Source: Candidatus Spongiisociaceae bacterium
GTDB taxonomy: Bacteria; Actinomycetota; Acidimicrobiia; Spongiisociales; Spongiisociaceae
Length of the DNA stretch: 64,000 bases
Reading direction: 5' to 3'
Assembly (NCBI GenBank): GCA_965219685.1
Contig: CBDCOH010000002.1
Coordinates: 1,024,001-1,088,000, forward strand
Shown: positions 27,587-38,387 of the stretch, piece by piece
Layout of the letters: each line of letters begins with the position of its first letter
Numbering within the stretch: position 1 is the stretch's first letter
The notes under the pieces: model-generated
Databases searched by the model: none
Told to the model about the DNA's origin: nothing
The model's input: the letters and a program-made list of their open reading frames with translations, nothing else
Program-made: the position numbers and the translations under genes

Positions 27587-28524
27587 TCAAGAGATCGAGC
27601 ACACTGATCGCCGCTCTAGCGGCTTTCGTGCTGATGCTTTCGGCGTGCGGCGTGCAGGACGAAGGTGGTCCCGTGTCCATGGCCCGGGCGAACTGGAGTT
27701 CCGGCTACATGCAGGCTGCCATCTACGCGCAACTGATCGAGGAGCTCGGGCACGAGGTCACCGATCCGGCGGCCGCGACCCTCAGCCCCTACTCGTTCTA
27801 TCCGGCCCTGGCTGCCGGACAGTACGACCTGTGGGCCAACGGGTGGTTCCCTCTCCACGACATCTACCTCGAGGGAGAGAACGTCACGGGCCAGGCGGTG
27901 GATCTGCCGATCGAAGCGGTTGGATGGCAAGTCGCCGACGGCGCCACTGACGGCCTGATGATCGACAAGGCCACGGCTGACAGCTACGGCATCAACTCGA
28001 TGGACGGCGTAGCCGCCAATGCCGGTCTCTTCGACGGCGACGGCGACGGCAAGGCCGACTTGTTCGGATGCAACGTCGGATGGGGTTGCGAAACCGCCAT
28101 CAACGAGCAGATCGCCGATGAGAGTTGGGGCTCCAGAGTGGAGCAGATCTCAGGCACCTATGACGATCTGGCCGCGGGGGTCGTGGGCAAGGTGAACGCC
28201 GGTGAACCGGCGCTCTTCTACGCCTGGACGCCGAACTGGACCAACACCGTCCTGGTGGCCGGGGACAACGCGGTCTGGCTGCAGTCGGCGGTCAACGACA
28301 TCCGCGCGGTGGCCAACACCGACTTCCTGGACGCAAACCCCGACATTGCCCGCCTTCTCGAGGTGGTAGCGATCCCGCTGAGCGACATCGCCGCTCAGAA
28401 CGCCAAGATGGCGGCAGCCGACGAGTACTCCGAGGCTGATGTCGCGGCCGACGCCGAGGCCTGGATCGCCTCCAACCGCGACAAGGTCGACAGTTGGCTG
28501 GAATCGGCACGAGCCGCCGGCTGA
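27583..28524 (+). CDS. ProX-like glycine betaine substrate-binding lipoprotein
   Basis: Lipobox LSAC, NGWFPLH, GCNVGWGC, YAWTPNW; GTGA overlap with the BCCT stop. Confidence 0.88.
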   Translation: MIKRSSTLIAALAAFVLMLSACGVQDEGGPVSMARANWSSGYMQAAIYAQLIEELGHEVTDPAAATLSPYSFYPALAAGQYDLWANGWFPLHDIYLEGENVTGQAVDLPIEAVGWQVADGATDGLMIDKATADSYGINSMDGVAANAGLFDGDGDGKADLFGCNVGWGCETAINEQIADESWGSRVEQISGTYDDLAAGVVGKVNAGEPALFYAWTPNWTNTVLVAGDNAVWLQSAVNDIRAVANTDFLDANPDIARLLEVVAIPLSDIAAQNAKMAAADEYSEADVAADAEAWIASNRDKVDSWLESARAAG

Positions 28525-28559
28525 TAGCTCTAGAACCGAGCTAGCAAGCAGCAGAGAAC

Positions 28560-28619
28560 AAGACCCGGCTCCCCATCTCAAGGGGAGCCGGGTCTTCGCG
28601 AGGTCCGCTTTTTTGGACC
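28560..28619. terminator. 15-bp hairpin plus a second short hairpin between convergent genes
   Basis: aagacccggctcccc-N7-ggggagccgggtctt; ggtcc-gctttttt-ggacc. Confidence 0.75.
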
Positions 28620-28624
28620 CTGGA

Positions 28625-29320
28625 TCATCGCCGCCATCGCAGTGCCATGAGGTGTGGGATCCCCCGATGTTTCGCCAGGATTGGGTCTCTGGTGGCCGCG
28701 CCCGAACCTACGCCCCGCTCACGCACCTCTTCCAGCATCCATCCCGATGCAGCCGCCCCGGTTAGCAGCGTCCCGATCGGTCGGTGGATGAACTCGACGA
28801 AACGGTCTCCGGCCGGGTCCCTCGTGCGGCCCGTTTTCAAGTAGTCCCCGAACCTCCAGAAGAGTTCCCCGTCAGTCGGGTCGAGCACCGGCCCCGAGTG
28901 TGGTGCGGTGTAGACCGGATGGTTGATAACCGCAGTCAGCGTTCCCCCGGGCCGGGTCACTCTCGCGGTCTCGGCGAAGAACCCTTCGGCGTTCTCGAAA
29001 TGTTCGAGCGCCAGCACCACGTACGCCCCGTCGACCGCCGCATCCCTCACGCAGGCCAGGTCCGGCAGGCGGTGGAGGAAGACCGGGTGACTACGCGCGG
29101 CGATCCCGGCCAGATCGATGTTGATGTCCACGCCGATCGCAATGGCGCCCCGCTCTGCCGTCACGTCCTGCATACGGCCGTCCCCGCATCCGAGGTCGAG
29201 CAGGACCTCGCCCGGTAGCGGCCGGAACACCTTGAGGAAGAGCGGCACCACCTCCTCCCGGTAGGCAGGATCATCGGCTTCCACCAGCCACCAGTCGGCT
29301 AGTCCGTTCCAGTCGTCCAC
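28625..29320 (-). CDS. Class I SAM-dependent methyltransferase
   Basis: LLDLGCGDG, GVDI, RVTRPGG. Confidence 0.88.
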   Translation of the reverse strand: MDDWNGLADWWLVEADDPAYREEVVPLFLKVFRPLPGEVLLDLGCGDGRMQDVTAERGAIAIGVDINIDLAGIAARSHPVFLHRLPDLACVRDAAVDGAYVVLALEHFENAEGFFAETARVTRPGGTLTAVINHPVYTAPHSGPVLDPTDGELFWRFGDYLKTGRTRDPAGDRFVEFIHRPIGTLLTGAAASGWMLEEVRERGVGSGAATRDPILAKHRGIPHLMALRWRR

Positions 29321-29372
29321 ATCGATCCCCGACTGAAGAGAGGTCGGGAACGGGATTCCGCCGGTTGCTCCT

Positions 29373-29921
29373 TCACCGTCCGAGCTCCCACTGCTTCACC
29401 ATCCGATGTTGCGCTGCTGTCTGGGGAGTCGCCATGTAACCGCCCTTCCTGTCACCCTGAAGGCGCAGTCTTTGCACCAGTTCGATCGCGGCGCCGGCCC
29501 CTGCGTAACCATGCCTCCGCAGCCAGCACCCCACCACGGTGCCCGTCCGTCCGCTCCCACCCCAGCAGTGAACGTAGACACTGCATCCGTGCTCGAGGTG
29601 CCGGTCGATCACATGGAGTGTGGTCACCATCTCCGCTGCGGCGGTCACCCCCATGTCCGGGATCTGGCGGCGAACCACCAGCGCGTGGCGGTCAGTCGCG
29701 GGGATGTCGTAGCGGTTCATGTGAGCGTCGGTGCCACCGGGATAGTCCTGGGTAAGGTTCACGAATACGTTGACACCGGCATCCAGCAATTGGGTCAGCT
29801 TGCTGCGTGACCCGACCGGGTTGGGATATGCGCCGGCAGCGAAGCGCCCGGGGACCACCCAGTAGGACCGATCGGTCGGACCGATCTCCCCTCTCCCGGC
29901 CAGCTCCAGGTCCAAGAACAT
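29373..29921 (-). CDS. Protein-tyrosine/dual-specificity phosphatase family protein
   Basis: VHCWGGSGRTG (CX5R), IPDMG, PQTAAQ; start uncertain. Confidence 0.85.
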   Translation of the reverse strand: MFLDLELAGRGEIGPTDRSYWVVPGRFAAGAYPNPVGSRSKLTQLLDAGVNVFVNLTQDYPGGTDAHMNRYDIPATDRHALVVRRQIPDMGVTAAAEMVTTLHVIDRHLEHGCSVYVHCWGGSGRTGTVVGCWLRRHGYAGAGAAIELVQRLRLQGDRKGGYMATPQTAAQHRMVKQWELGR

Positions 29922-29995
29922 CCGGTGACTCCCCTTCGCTCCCGCTACCGATGCGGTTGAGGCTAGAGGATCTGTTCCAAGGCTATTCCGTCCCC

Positions 29996-30027
29996 CCATT
30001 CACCATTCACCATTCACCATTCACCAT
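29996..30027 (-). repeat. Heptamer array (TGAATGG)~4.5 directly after the uvrA stop
   Basis: + strand ccattca x4 ccat. Confidence 0.95.
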
Positions 30028-32844
30028 CTAAAGGACGTCGCGTAGGAACTTACCCGTGTACGACAGCGGCACCTGGGCCACCTGCTCCGGTGTTCCGAGG
30101 GCGATCACGCGACCTCCCTCGTCGCCTCCTTCGGGTCCCATGTCGATCAGCCAGTCGGCGGAACGTACCACGTCGAGGTTGTGCTCGATGATGACGACCG
30201 TGTTGCCTCCGTCTACGAGCCGATGCAGGACCTGCAGCAGCTTGCGGGTGTCCTCGAAGTGGAGGCCGGTGGTGGGCTCGTCGAGGATGTACAGGGTGTT
30301 TCCAGTGGCTCGCTTGCCAAGTTCGGAAGCCAGCTTGACCCGTTGTGCCTCGCCGCCCGACAGCGTGGGAGCCGGTTGTCCGAGGCGTATGTAACCCAGT
30401 CCTACGTCGTAGATGGTCTGGAGGATGCGAGCGATGGGCGCCTGCGCTTCGAAGAAGGTGAGGGCCTCCTCCGCCGGCATGTTCAGGACGTCGGCGATGG
30501 ACATCCCTTTCCAGAGCACTTCGAGCGTGTCCCGGTTGTAGCGCCGACCCTCGCACACCTCGCACGGGACGTAGACATCGGGAAGGAAATGCATCTCGAT
30601 CTTGATGTTCCCGTCACCCCGGCAGGCCTCGCAGCGGCCGCCCCGGACGTTGAAGGAGAAGCGGCCCGGAAGGTAGCCGCGGGCCCTTGCCTCCGGGGTC
30701 GACGAGAAGAGCTTTCTGATCCGGTCGAACACTTTCGTGTAGGTAGCGGCGTTGGACCTGGGGGTTCGGCCGATCGGCGATTGGTCGATGTTGATCGCCT
30801 TGTCCAGTTGCTCCGCGCCTTCGATACGGCGGTGGCGGCCGGGGACGGCCCTCGACCGGTAGAGCTTGTGGTGGAGGGCCTTCGAGAGGATCTCCTGGAC
30901 AAGGGTGGACTTCCCGCTCCCCGACACTCCGGTCACGGCGATGAGCTTCCCCAGCGGGAAGGTGACGTCCAAGTGGCGTAGATTGTTCTCGGCCGCGCCG
31001 ACCACGGTCAGGGTACGCCCGTCTCCCTCTCGCCGACGGTCCGGTGTGGGGATGCGGCGGCGGCCGGCCAGGTAGTCGCCGGTTATCGACGTCGGCTCGG
31101 CGACGATGCCTGCCACGTCCCCTTCCGCGACGACATGGCCGCCATGTTCCCCGGCTCCCGGTCCCAGGTCGACCACGTAGTCTGCGGTACGAATGGTCTC
31201 CTCGTCGTGCTCCACCACGATCAGCGTGTTGCCCAGGTCCCGGAGCCGGAGCAGGGTCTCCAGGAGGCGCCGGTTGTCGCGCTGGTGGAGTCCTATCGAG
31301 GGTTCGTCCAAGACATAGAGCACTCCCACCAGGCCCGAGCCGATCTGTGTCGCCAGCCTGATCCGCTGGGCCTCTCCGCCGGATAGGGTGGCCGCTCCCC
31401 GGTACAGGGTCAGGTAGTCGAGGCCCACGTCGAGGAGGAACCGGAGGCGGGCGCGGATCTCCTTGATCACCGGCTCGGCGATCGTGGCGTCGCGGCGGTT
31501 CAACTCCAGGCTCTCCAGGACGTCGAGGGTCTTGCGGATCGAGCGCCGGCACAACTCGAATATGTTGAGGCCGTTGACGGTCACCGCCATCGACACCGGA
31601 TTCAGGCGGGCGCCACCGCACGCCGGGCACGGGACCTCTCGCATGTATTCCTCGTAATGCGCCCGGGCATTCTCGGACTCGGTCTGTTCGTGACGCCGCC
31701 GCAGCACGGGGATCACCCCTTCATATTTTGCCCTGTAGCGCCTGCGCCGACCGAATCGGTTGGTGAACGACACCCGGATGGACAGATCCCCGGTGCCGTA
31801 CAGCACCGCCTGCTGATCCTCCTCGTCGAGCGCGTGGAAGGGTGTGTTCACGTCGAATCCGAGTTCGTCGGCCAGGCCCCTGAGAAGGTGATGGAAGTAA
31901 CGGTTACGGTTGTCGGACCAGGGGGCGATCACCCCCTCGGCAATGGAGAGTTCGTCGTCCGGGATCACCAGCAGGGGGTCCACCTCGAACTTGGTTCCCA
32001 GCCCCGAACAGGTCTGGCAGGCACCGTAAGGGCTGTTGAATGAAAAGGAGCGCGGCTCTAGTTCATCGAACGACAGGCCGCAGTCGGTACAGGCCAGGTG
32101 CTGGCTGAAGGTCAGTTCGTCACCGCCGATGATGTCCACCACCGCGATGCCCCCGGTGAGGTTCAGGGCGGTCTCCAGCGACTCGGTGAGCCTGCGCAGT
32201 CCTCCCCGTCCAGCGATCAACCGGTCCACTACCACCTCGATCGTGTGGGTGTAGTAGCGGTCGAGCCTGATCCGCTCCCCCAGGTACATGATCTCCCCGT
32301 CCACCCGTGCCCGGCTGAAACCCTGCCGAGACAGGTCTTTGAACAGTTCCTCGTACTCCCCCTTCCGTCCCCTGACGATGGGAGCGAGAACCTGGAATCG
32401 GGTTCCCTCTTCGAGGTCCGAGATCTGGTCGACGATCTGCTGGGGGGTCTGGCGCGCCACCATGCGTCCGCACTCCGGGCAGTGGGGCCGGCCGATCCGC
32501 GCATACAGCAGGCGGAGGTAGTCGTGTATCTCGGTGATGGTGCCGACTGTCGATCTCGGATTGCGGCTGGCGGTCTTCTGGTCGATCGAGATGGCGGGCG
32601 AGAGGCCTTCTATGAAGTCCACATCGGGCTTGTCCATCTGGCCTAGGAATTGGCGTGCGTATGCCGACAGGCTCTCGACGTAGCGCCGCTGTCCCTCGGC
32701 GTAGATCGTGTCGAACGCCAGGCTGGACTTGCCCGAGCCCGACAGCCCCGTGAACACGATCAACTGATCGCGGGGCAACTCGATCGAGATGTCCTGGAGG
32801 TTGTGCTCGCGCGCTCCGCGAACGATCAGCTTGTCTCTCGTCAT
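30028..32844 (-). CDS. uvrA: Excinuclease ABC subunit A
   Basis: [18 protein letters not shown], two ABC ATPase domains, Zn fingers; likely start MTRDK at 32844. Confidence 0.98.
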   Translation of the reverse strand: MTRDKLIVRGAREHNLQDISIELPRDQLIVFTGLSGSGKSSLAFDTIYAEGQRRYVESLSAYARQFLGQMDKPDVDFIEGLSPAISIDQKTASRNPRSTVGTITEIHDYLRLLYARIGRPHCPECGRMVARQTPQQIVDQISDLEEGTRFQVLAPIVRGRKGEYEELFKDLSRQGFSRARVDGEIMYLGERIRLDRYYTHTIEVVVDRLIAGRGGLRRLTESLETALNLTGGIAVVDIIGGDELTFSQHLACTDCGLSFDELEPRSFSFNSPYGACQTCSGLGTKFEVDPLLVIPDDELSIAEGVIAPWSDNRNRYFHHLLRGLADELGFDVNTPFHALDEEDQQAVLYGTGDLSIRVSFTNRFGRRRRYRAKYEGVIPVLRRRHEQTESENARAHYEEYMREVPCPACGGARLNPVSMAVTVNGLNIFELCRRSIRKTLDVLESLELNRRDATIAEPVIKEIRARLRFLLDVGLDYLTLYRGAATLSGGEAQRIRLATQIGSGLVGVLYVLDEPSIGLHQRDNRRLLETLLRLRDLGNTLIVVEHDEETIRTADYVVDLGPGAGEHGGHVVAEGDVAGIVAEPTSITGDYLAGRRRIPTPDRRREGDGRTLTVVGAAENNLRHLDVTFPLGKLIAVTGVSGSGKSTLVQEILSKALHHKLYRSRAVPGRHRRIEGAEQLDKAINIDQSPIGRTPRSNAATYTKVFDRIRKLFSSTPEARARGYLPGRFSFNVRGGRCEACRGDGNIKIEMHFLPDVYVPCEVCEGRRYNRDTLEVLWKGMSIADVLNMPAEEALTFFEAQAPIARILQTIYDVGLGYIRLGQPAPTLSGGEAQRVKLASELGKRATGNTLYILDEPTTGLHFEDTRKLLQVLHRLVDGGNTVVIIEHNLDVVRSADWLIDMGPEGGDEGGRVIALGTPEQVAQVPLSYTGKFLRDVL

Positions 32845-32903
32845 CGTGCCCGGGTGGTTTGCTGGGGGAAGCGGTGGTGGCGACGCCATGGTAGTGGCTG
32901 GTG

Positions 32904-33043
32904 GAATGGTGAATGGTGAATGGTGAATGGTGAATGGTGAATGGTGAATGGTGAATGGTGAATGGTGAATGGTGAATGGTGAATGGTGAATGGTGAATGG
33001 TGAATGGTGAATGGTGAATGGTGAATGGTGAATGGTGAATGGT
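32904..33043 (+). repeat. Perfect heptamer array (GAATGGT)20
   Basis: 140 nt of perfect repeat. Confidence 0.98.
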
Positions 33044-33049
33044 ACCAAC

Positions 33050-33117
33050 TCTTGACGGTACTCGACTACCGAGCTAGGACCCGGCTGCGACGAGCCAGGT
33101 GGTCGCCGTTCACCGGC
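33050..33117 (+). repeat. 68-bp dispersed repeat core, copy B, ending in and followed by ccgttca/ccggcaa/ctggcaa heptamers
   Basis: 55/68 identity to 7674..7741. Confidence 0.9.
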
Positions 33118-33158
33118 AACTGGCAACTGGCTGGCTGACCGCTGCTCACTGGAACACT

Positions 33159-33164
33159 TAGAAT
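33159..33164 (+). promoter_or_regulatory. Putative -10 element (TAGAAT), short-leader transcript for the helicase fusion
   Basis: TAnnnT hexamer 9 nt before GTG, no SD sequence. Confidence 0.5.
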
Positions 33165-33173
33165 CGCCGGTCT

Positions 33174-36100
33174 GTGAACGGTTCGGATCAGTATGTGGTC
33201 TTCGACTTGGAGACGAACGCGGACCGGCCCGAGGCGGCCGAGCACGAAATCATCCAGATCGGCGCGGTTGCGGCGTCGGCAGCCGGTGAGTTGGATTCGT
33301 TCGAGAGTTTGGTCCGGTCGCAGCGGAGGCTGCCGCCGAGAATCACCGAGCTGACCGGATTGGAGTACGGGGACCTTGCCGGTGCACCCTCCCTCGAGCA
33401 GGTACTGAGCAGCTTCTTCGGCTGGGTGGGTGATCGGCCGTTGATCGCTCACAACGGTTTCGGCTACGACTTCGAGGTCCTCGACGCGGCCGCGGCTCGG
33501 ATCGGGCTCGCTCCACCGGCCGGGCCTCGTCTCGACACCCTGGAGTTGGCGCACCTCGTGTTTCCCAGGGCCGGATCGGCGATCCCGGGCGTGGACGGCA
33601 GCACCCCGCCGGCGGGTAGGAGCCTCGATCAGCTGGCTCACCTGTACGGGGTTGCGGGCCGGGACCGCCATGACGCATTGAACGACTCGCGGATGACCCG
33701 GTCGGTCATGGTCGGACTGCTGGAGGACATGGACCGGGCCACGCCGGCGCGGCGCCTGCAGCGATGGATCCTCCGAGTGGCGGGTCATCCGTGGTCCCGG
33801 TTCCTGGCTCCGGAAGCGGAGCCGCCCTCTCTCGCAGAGGTGGTTCCCCCAGCGGCCGCGGGCGCCCGCTCGCCGCCCACGGGGCGTTTCGACATCGGGA
33901 CGGTGGTCCGGTCCTTTCAAGCGGGTGGCCGCCTGATGACCGGCGCCAGGACGCCTCGCCCCCAGCAGGCCGAGATGGCCGGACTGGTGGCAAGAGCCTT
34001 GTCGAGTTCCGGCTCGCGCTGGATGATCGAGGCGCCGACCGGTACCGGCAAGACTCTCGCCTACCTGGTCCCCGCGATCGAGATGGCAAGAGCGTCCGGC
34101 CGTACGTCGGTTATCACCCCGCACTCCCGGGTGCTGCAGGACCAGATCCTGGCAACCTTGGAGGAACTGAAGGAGGAGATCGGTCCGTTCTCGACGGTGG
34201 TGCTGAAGGGACGGCAGAACTACGTCAGTCTCAAGGCGCTCGATGCCGAACTCGCCGGCCTGGAAGGTGAGTCGCGGCGGAATCCCGCCCTGAGCCCCGT
34301 TGCGCTATCCCTGGCCATGATTAGCGGTTGGGTGTCGGAAACCCCGACCGGTGATTGGGCCGACCTGCGAACGGCAGCGGTTGCTGCCCGGTTGCGTCCC
34401 CTGCGGTTCTTCCGGTGGAAGCTCCGGGTCAACACCCGCCCGGGCCTGATTCTGACCCCCCTCGACGCACTCGACTTCCATCGCCGGGCTTTGCAGGCCG
34501 TCAAGACGGCCCACGTGGCGGTCCTGAACCATGCGCTGCTGGCCACGGGTCCGGAATTGGAGGAGAACCGCTTCAACCTCGTGATTGACGAGGCCCACGG
34601 CCTCGAGGACTCGGCCACCGCGGCGGCCACGCTGGAGGTGAGTAGAGAACAACTCGAGCAGTTGTGCGACGCCTTATGGGACGGCCGGGTCCGGCGCGGT
34701 CTCGCGGTGAGGCTGGCGACCGCCACCGGAGCGGGACTCAGGGACCCGAGGATCGACAGGATCCGGACCGCGACGGCCGCAGCCCGGGTTGCCGTCGAGC
34801 GCTTCTCGAACCCCCTCACCGACTACCTGCGTGACCGGACCGGGGTGTCACGGGAACAGGCGGTCCGTTACGGCGCCGCGTACCGCATCCGCCGGGGAGT
34901 GGACACCCGCCACCCCGCATACCGGGAGGTCCTCAGGACGGGTGGCGCCCTGAGGAACGCGTTGCGCCAGGTGGTCGGAGCCCTCGATGGGATCACGGTG
35001 CCGGAGAAGCCGGCCGGCCGCTACCGCCGCGACGCGTTGGAGGACGAGATATACCGTCTCGTCCGCGAAGTCCGGGATGCGGACCGCCTCGTCGACTCGG
35101 TTCTGCGGGCTGCCGGCCAGCTGCGTCTCTTCGACGACCACCTGGCCGAGCATGAGTTGGTCGAGTGGATCAACGTAGCCGAGGTCTCCTTCGAGGCCAC
35201 CGAGGGCGGAGTTCCTGAGGAGGATCTCGATAGCGCTGCGGCGAAGATCCCGCCGGGACGATGGCGGTGGGCGCTGCGGCGCGCTCCCCTCTCGGTGGCG
35301 GGGCTGCTGGCTGATCTTTGGGATCGGGCTCACGCGGTGTTGCTGACCTCCGCCACCCTGCGTTCCGGTGACGACTTCGGCTACCTGGTCGGTCGGCTCG
35401 GACTCGGCAGTGCGGAGTCCAGGGTGATCGGCACACCCTTCGAGAGGCTCTCCGAGCAGCACCTGCTTCTGCTGACCGATTACCTGCCGGCTCCCCGCGG
35501 TGGGCTGATGGACCGCTTCACGGAGATTGAAGCCACGGAGATCCCTCGACTCTTCGTTGCAGCAGATGGCGGGGGGATGGCTCTGATGACGGCGCGCAAC
35601 CGGCTCGACTACGTTCGGGACCACTCCCGTCCCCACCTGGCCCCGCTGGGAATCGAGTTGCTGGCGCAGGGAGACGCATCGTCGCCGGTTCTGGTCGAGC
35701 GGATGCGAGACAACCAGCCGGCATGCCTCCTGGGACTCAGATCCTTCTGGGAGGGCGTTGACATTCCGGGGAACGCCCTCAGGCTGCTGCTGATCGAGAA
35801 GGTGCCGTTCGACTCGATCGGCGATCCTGTCGTGAGCGCCCGGACGGAGTTTCTCGAGCTGGCGGGGCGGGATCCCTTCGCCGAATACATGGTGCCGAGG
35901 GCGGCCATCGCCTTCGCACAGGGTGTGGGACGGCTAATCCGTAGGGAGGACGATCGGGGAGCGACCGTTGTGCTCGACAACCGGCTGCGCCGCCCGGTTC
36001 CCTACCGCGACGTTCTGCTCCGCAGCCTCTCCGGGCCACCTGCCCGGAGGGACATCGATACTCCCGGCGAGGCGTACGCGGCGATTACTGACCATCTGGA

Positions 36101-38294
36101 CATCGCCCTCGACTCGGATCGGTGGGAACGGATCGGGCGGATCCCGGGTGTCGAGACGCTGTCCCGTGCTGCACTCGAGGTGGATGGGGACGACCTTTCC
36201 GACGGGGAAGCCATCGACCGGGTCTTGGAGACAGCCCGGGAGTGGCTGGGATTCGACAGGTGGCGCCCCGGCCAGCGGAGGATCATGATCCGTTTCATGC
36301 GCGGCGAGGACACGGTGGCTGTTCTCCCGACCGGCTCCGGGAAGTCCGTGACCTACCAGATACCCGCCCTGGTGTCGCCGGGCGTGACGTTGGTGGTGTC
36401 GCCGCTCATCGCGCTGATGCGGGACCAGGTCGACAACCTGCGCGCCCGTGGGGTCACCGAAGCCGCCGCCATATATGCGGGGGTAGGTCAGGCGGAGCAG
36501 GAGGCGATCCTGCGGGCGGCGGCGGCCGGACACATCAAGCTGCTGTACGTGAGTCCGGAGCGGCTCTGGTCTCCGGTGTTCCGGTCGTGGCTGGCGGGTG
36601 TCGACGTGGCCCGCGTGGCGGTGGACGAGGCCCACTGCATATCGATGTGGGGTCACTCCTTCCGGCCGGAGTACGCGATGATCCCGAGGGCCATCGCCGA
36701 AGTGACCGGCGGCCGCTTGCCCGTTCTCGCCGTGACCGCGACCGCTACCTCCGAGGTGCTGGAGGACATCCGTGAGTTGCTGGGAGTGTCGGCGGAGCCG
36801 CTGGTCGGTTCGGTCAACCGACCGGAAATCCGCTACTACGTGGAGCGGTGTAGCAACAGGCGGGACCGGGAGCTCCGGGTGGCGCAGGTGGTGGAGGCCT
36901 TTCGCCGGAAGAGCGCCATCGTCTACGTCCCGAGGGTCAGGGACACCACCCTCCTGTCGGGCTTGTTGAGGACCTTCGGTCATCGGGTCCGGCCATACAA
37001 CGGCGAGATGGAGTACCCGGAGCGCCAGCACACCGAGGACGCCTTCCGCCACGGAGAGATCGACGTGGTGGTGGCCACCAAGGCATTCGGCCTCGGCATA
37101 GACAAGCCTGACATCGCCCTCATCGTGCATCTGGAGATGCCTGCCTCGATCGAGGAGTACGTCCAGGAGACGGGACGGGTGGCTCGTGGCGCAGCCGATG
37201 GCAGCGGGCCCGAGACCGGAGCGGCCGTGCTGCTGGTGACCCCGAGGGATTGCGGCATCCACGACTTCTTCGTGAAGTCGTCGGTTCCCAGACTCGACGA
37301 CATCCGGCGCGAATGGAACAGGCTCGACGTCGGGATGAACTACATCGATCCCGGGAGCGAGGCATCCCCGGCCGGGGACGCGGGCGGCGACCGGGATCAG
37401 GCCAGGGCGCTGGCCCTCCACTACCTTGACCAGGTGGGAGCGCTGCGGCGGCATCGCGACTTCGTCCTCCGCGGGCGGATATCCGTCCTGGAGGATACGG
37501 AGGGACGGATGAGCGATCTCCGGCTCCGGCGGCCGGATCTGGCGCGCCGAGCCGAGTCGATCGTCGGCGATAAGGTGGCGGGTTCCCGCGACTACCACGG
37601 CCTCCGGGCGAGCGAGAGGCTCGACATGGACCCTCCCGAGATCGAAGCTGTCCTGTTCGAACTCCAGAAGAGAAGTGTCTGCGGTTTCACCGGCTGGAGG
37701 TACGGGTGGAGTTTCGAGCGTCGGGCCGGAATCGAACCCGACTGGCACCTTCTGCGGAGCCTGATCCGCCAGCGGCGCGAGACGATGGAGGAGAGGGCTC
37801 GCCGCGCACGCCGGCTGGCACATGGTTTCCGGGGGTGCCGCCGCCGCGAGATGTTGCGTTACCTGGGCGAGCCTGATCCGGCCTTCGGGGTGTGTGGCGG
37901 GTGCGATGCCTGCACGCCTGACCTGCCCCGCCCCTGGGAGCGGATCGATATCCGGGCCTCCGACGTGCGGGACGCGATCCAGGAGACCGCGCTGGTCACG
38001 ATCCTGCTGCTAGTCGACGATGTGGAGCGGGGCCGGTTCTCCCGGTCGAATCTGGTCCGGGCGTTGCGGGGCGATGGCGGAGGGCCTCACCCGCTCCCCC
38101 GCCAACTCCTGCTGCACGGTTGCTTCGATCGCCTGGGGATGCTTGAACGGCAACAGGTGGATGAGTTGGTGGACGACGCGATCCGCGACTGCCGCATCGA
38201 AGAGGTCGAGGTGGCATACGACGGTCGCGTCTACACGAGCCTGTGCTTGACCGCCGACGGCCGGGAGCTCCTCAGGGGCCGCTACGCGGGTTAG
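33174..38294 (+). CDS. DEDDh 3'-5' exonuclease - DinG-like SF2 helicase - RecQ helicase fusion
   Basis: FDLET/HNGFGYD/HDALND; [30 protein letters not shown]; [37 protein letters not shown]...CGGCDAC. Confidence 0.92.
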   Translation: MNGSDQYVVFDLETNADRPEAAEHEIIQIGAVAASAAGELDSFESLVRSQRRLPPRITELTGLEYGDLAGAPSLEQVLSSFFGWVGDRPLIAHNGFGYDFEVLDAAAARIGLAPPAGPRLDTLELAHLVFPRAGSAIPGVDGSTPPAGRSLDQLAHLYGVAGRDRHDALNDSRMTRSVMVGLLEDMDRATPARRLQRWILRVAGHPWSRFLAPEAEPPSLAEVVPPAAAGARSPPTGRFDIGTVVRSFQAGGRLMTGARTPRPQQAEMAGLVARALSSSGSRWMIEAPTGTGKTLAYLVPAIEMARASGRTSVITPHSRVLQDQILATLEELKEEIGPFSTVVLKGRQNYVSLKALDAELAGLEGESRRNPALSPVALSLAMISGWVSETPTGDWADLRTAAVAARLRPLRFFRWKLRVNTRPGLILTPLDALDFHRRALQAVKTAHVAVLNHALLATGPELEENRFNLVIDEAHGLEDSATAAATLEVSREQLEQLCDALWDGRVRRGLAVRLATATGAGLRDPRIDRIRTATAAARVAVERFSNPLTDYLRDRTGVSREQAVRYGAAYRIRRGVDTRHPAYREVLRTGGALRNALRQVVGALDGITVPEKPAGRYRRDALEDEIYRLVREVRDADRLVDSVLRAAGQLRLFDDHLAEHELVEWINVAEVSFEATEGGVPEEDLDSAAAKIPPGRWRWALRRAPLSVAGLLADLWDRAHAVLLTSATLRSGDDFGYLVGRLGLGSAESRVIGTPFERLSEQHLLLLTDYLPAPRGGLMDRFTEIEATEIPRLFVAADGGGMALMTARNRLDYVRDHSRPHLAPLGIELLAQGDASSPVLVERMRDNQPACLLGLRSFWEGVDIPGNALRLLLIEKVPFDSIGDPVVSARTEFLELAGRDPFAEYMVPRAAIAFAQGVGRLIRREDDRGATVVLDNRLRRPVPYRDVLLRSLSGPPARRDIDTPGEAYAAITDHLDIALDSDRWERIGRIPGVETLSRAALEVDGDDLSDGEAIDRVLETAREWLGFDRWRPGQRRIMIRFMRGEDTVAVLPTGSGKSVTYQIPALVSPGVTLVVSPLIALMRDQVDNLRARGVTEAAAIYAGVGQAEQEAILRAAAAGHIKLLYVSPERLWSPVFRSWLAGVDVARVAVDEAHCISMWGHSFRPEYAMIPRAIAEVTGGRLPVLAVTATATSEVLEDIRELLGVSAEPLVGSVNRPEIRYYVERCSNRRDRELRVAQVVEAFRRKSAIVYVPRVRDTTLLSGLLRTFGHRVRPYNGEMEYPERQHTEDAFRHGEIDVVVATKAFGLGIDKPDIALIVHLEMPASIEEYVQETGRVARGAADGSGPETGAAVLLVTPRDCGIHDFFVKSSVPRLDDIRREWNRLDVGMNYIDPGSEASPAGDAGGDRDQARALALHYLDQVGALRRHRDFVLRGRISVLEDTEGRMSDLRLRRPDLARRAESIVGDKVAGSRDYHGLRASERLDMDPPEIEAVLFELQKRSVCGFTGWRYGWSFERRAGIEPDWHLLRSLIRQRRETMEERARRARRLAHGFRGCRRREMLRYLGEPDPAFGVCGGCDACTPDLPRPWERIDIRASDVRDAIQETALVTILLLVDDVERGRFSRSNLVRALRGDGGGPHPLPRQLLLHGCFDRLGMLERQQVDELVDDAIRDCRIEEVEVAYDGRVYTSLCLTADGRELLRGRYAG

Positions 38295-38387
38295 GAGGGG
38301 GCTGGTCTCGGTTGGAGGCCGTATAGGCTTCTAACCTGGCCTTTTGACTGCGGAGAGAGGGTGTCTGTTAGGTAGTATGCCCCGCTG

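Noticed and set aside
32904-33043. Possible CRISPR array
   Set aside because: Pure 7-nt tandem repeat with no spacers, and no cas genes in the window.
32845-33126. 94-aa N-terminal extension of UvrA containing FTIHHSP repeats
   Set aside because: The TTCACCA array is stop-free in all frames, so the ORF caller reads through it; UvrA homology starts at MTRDK (32844).
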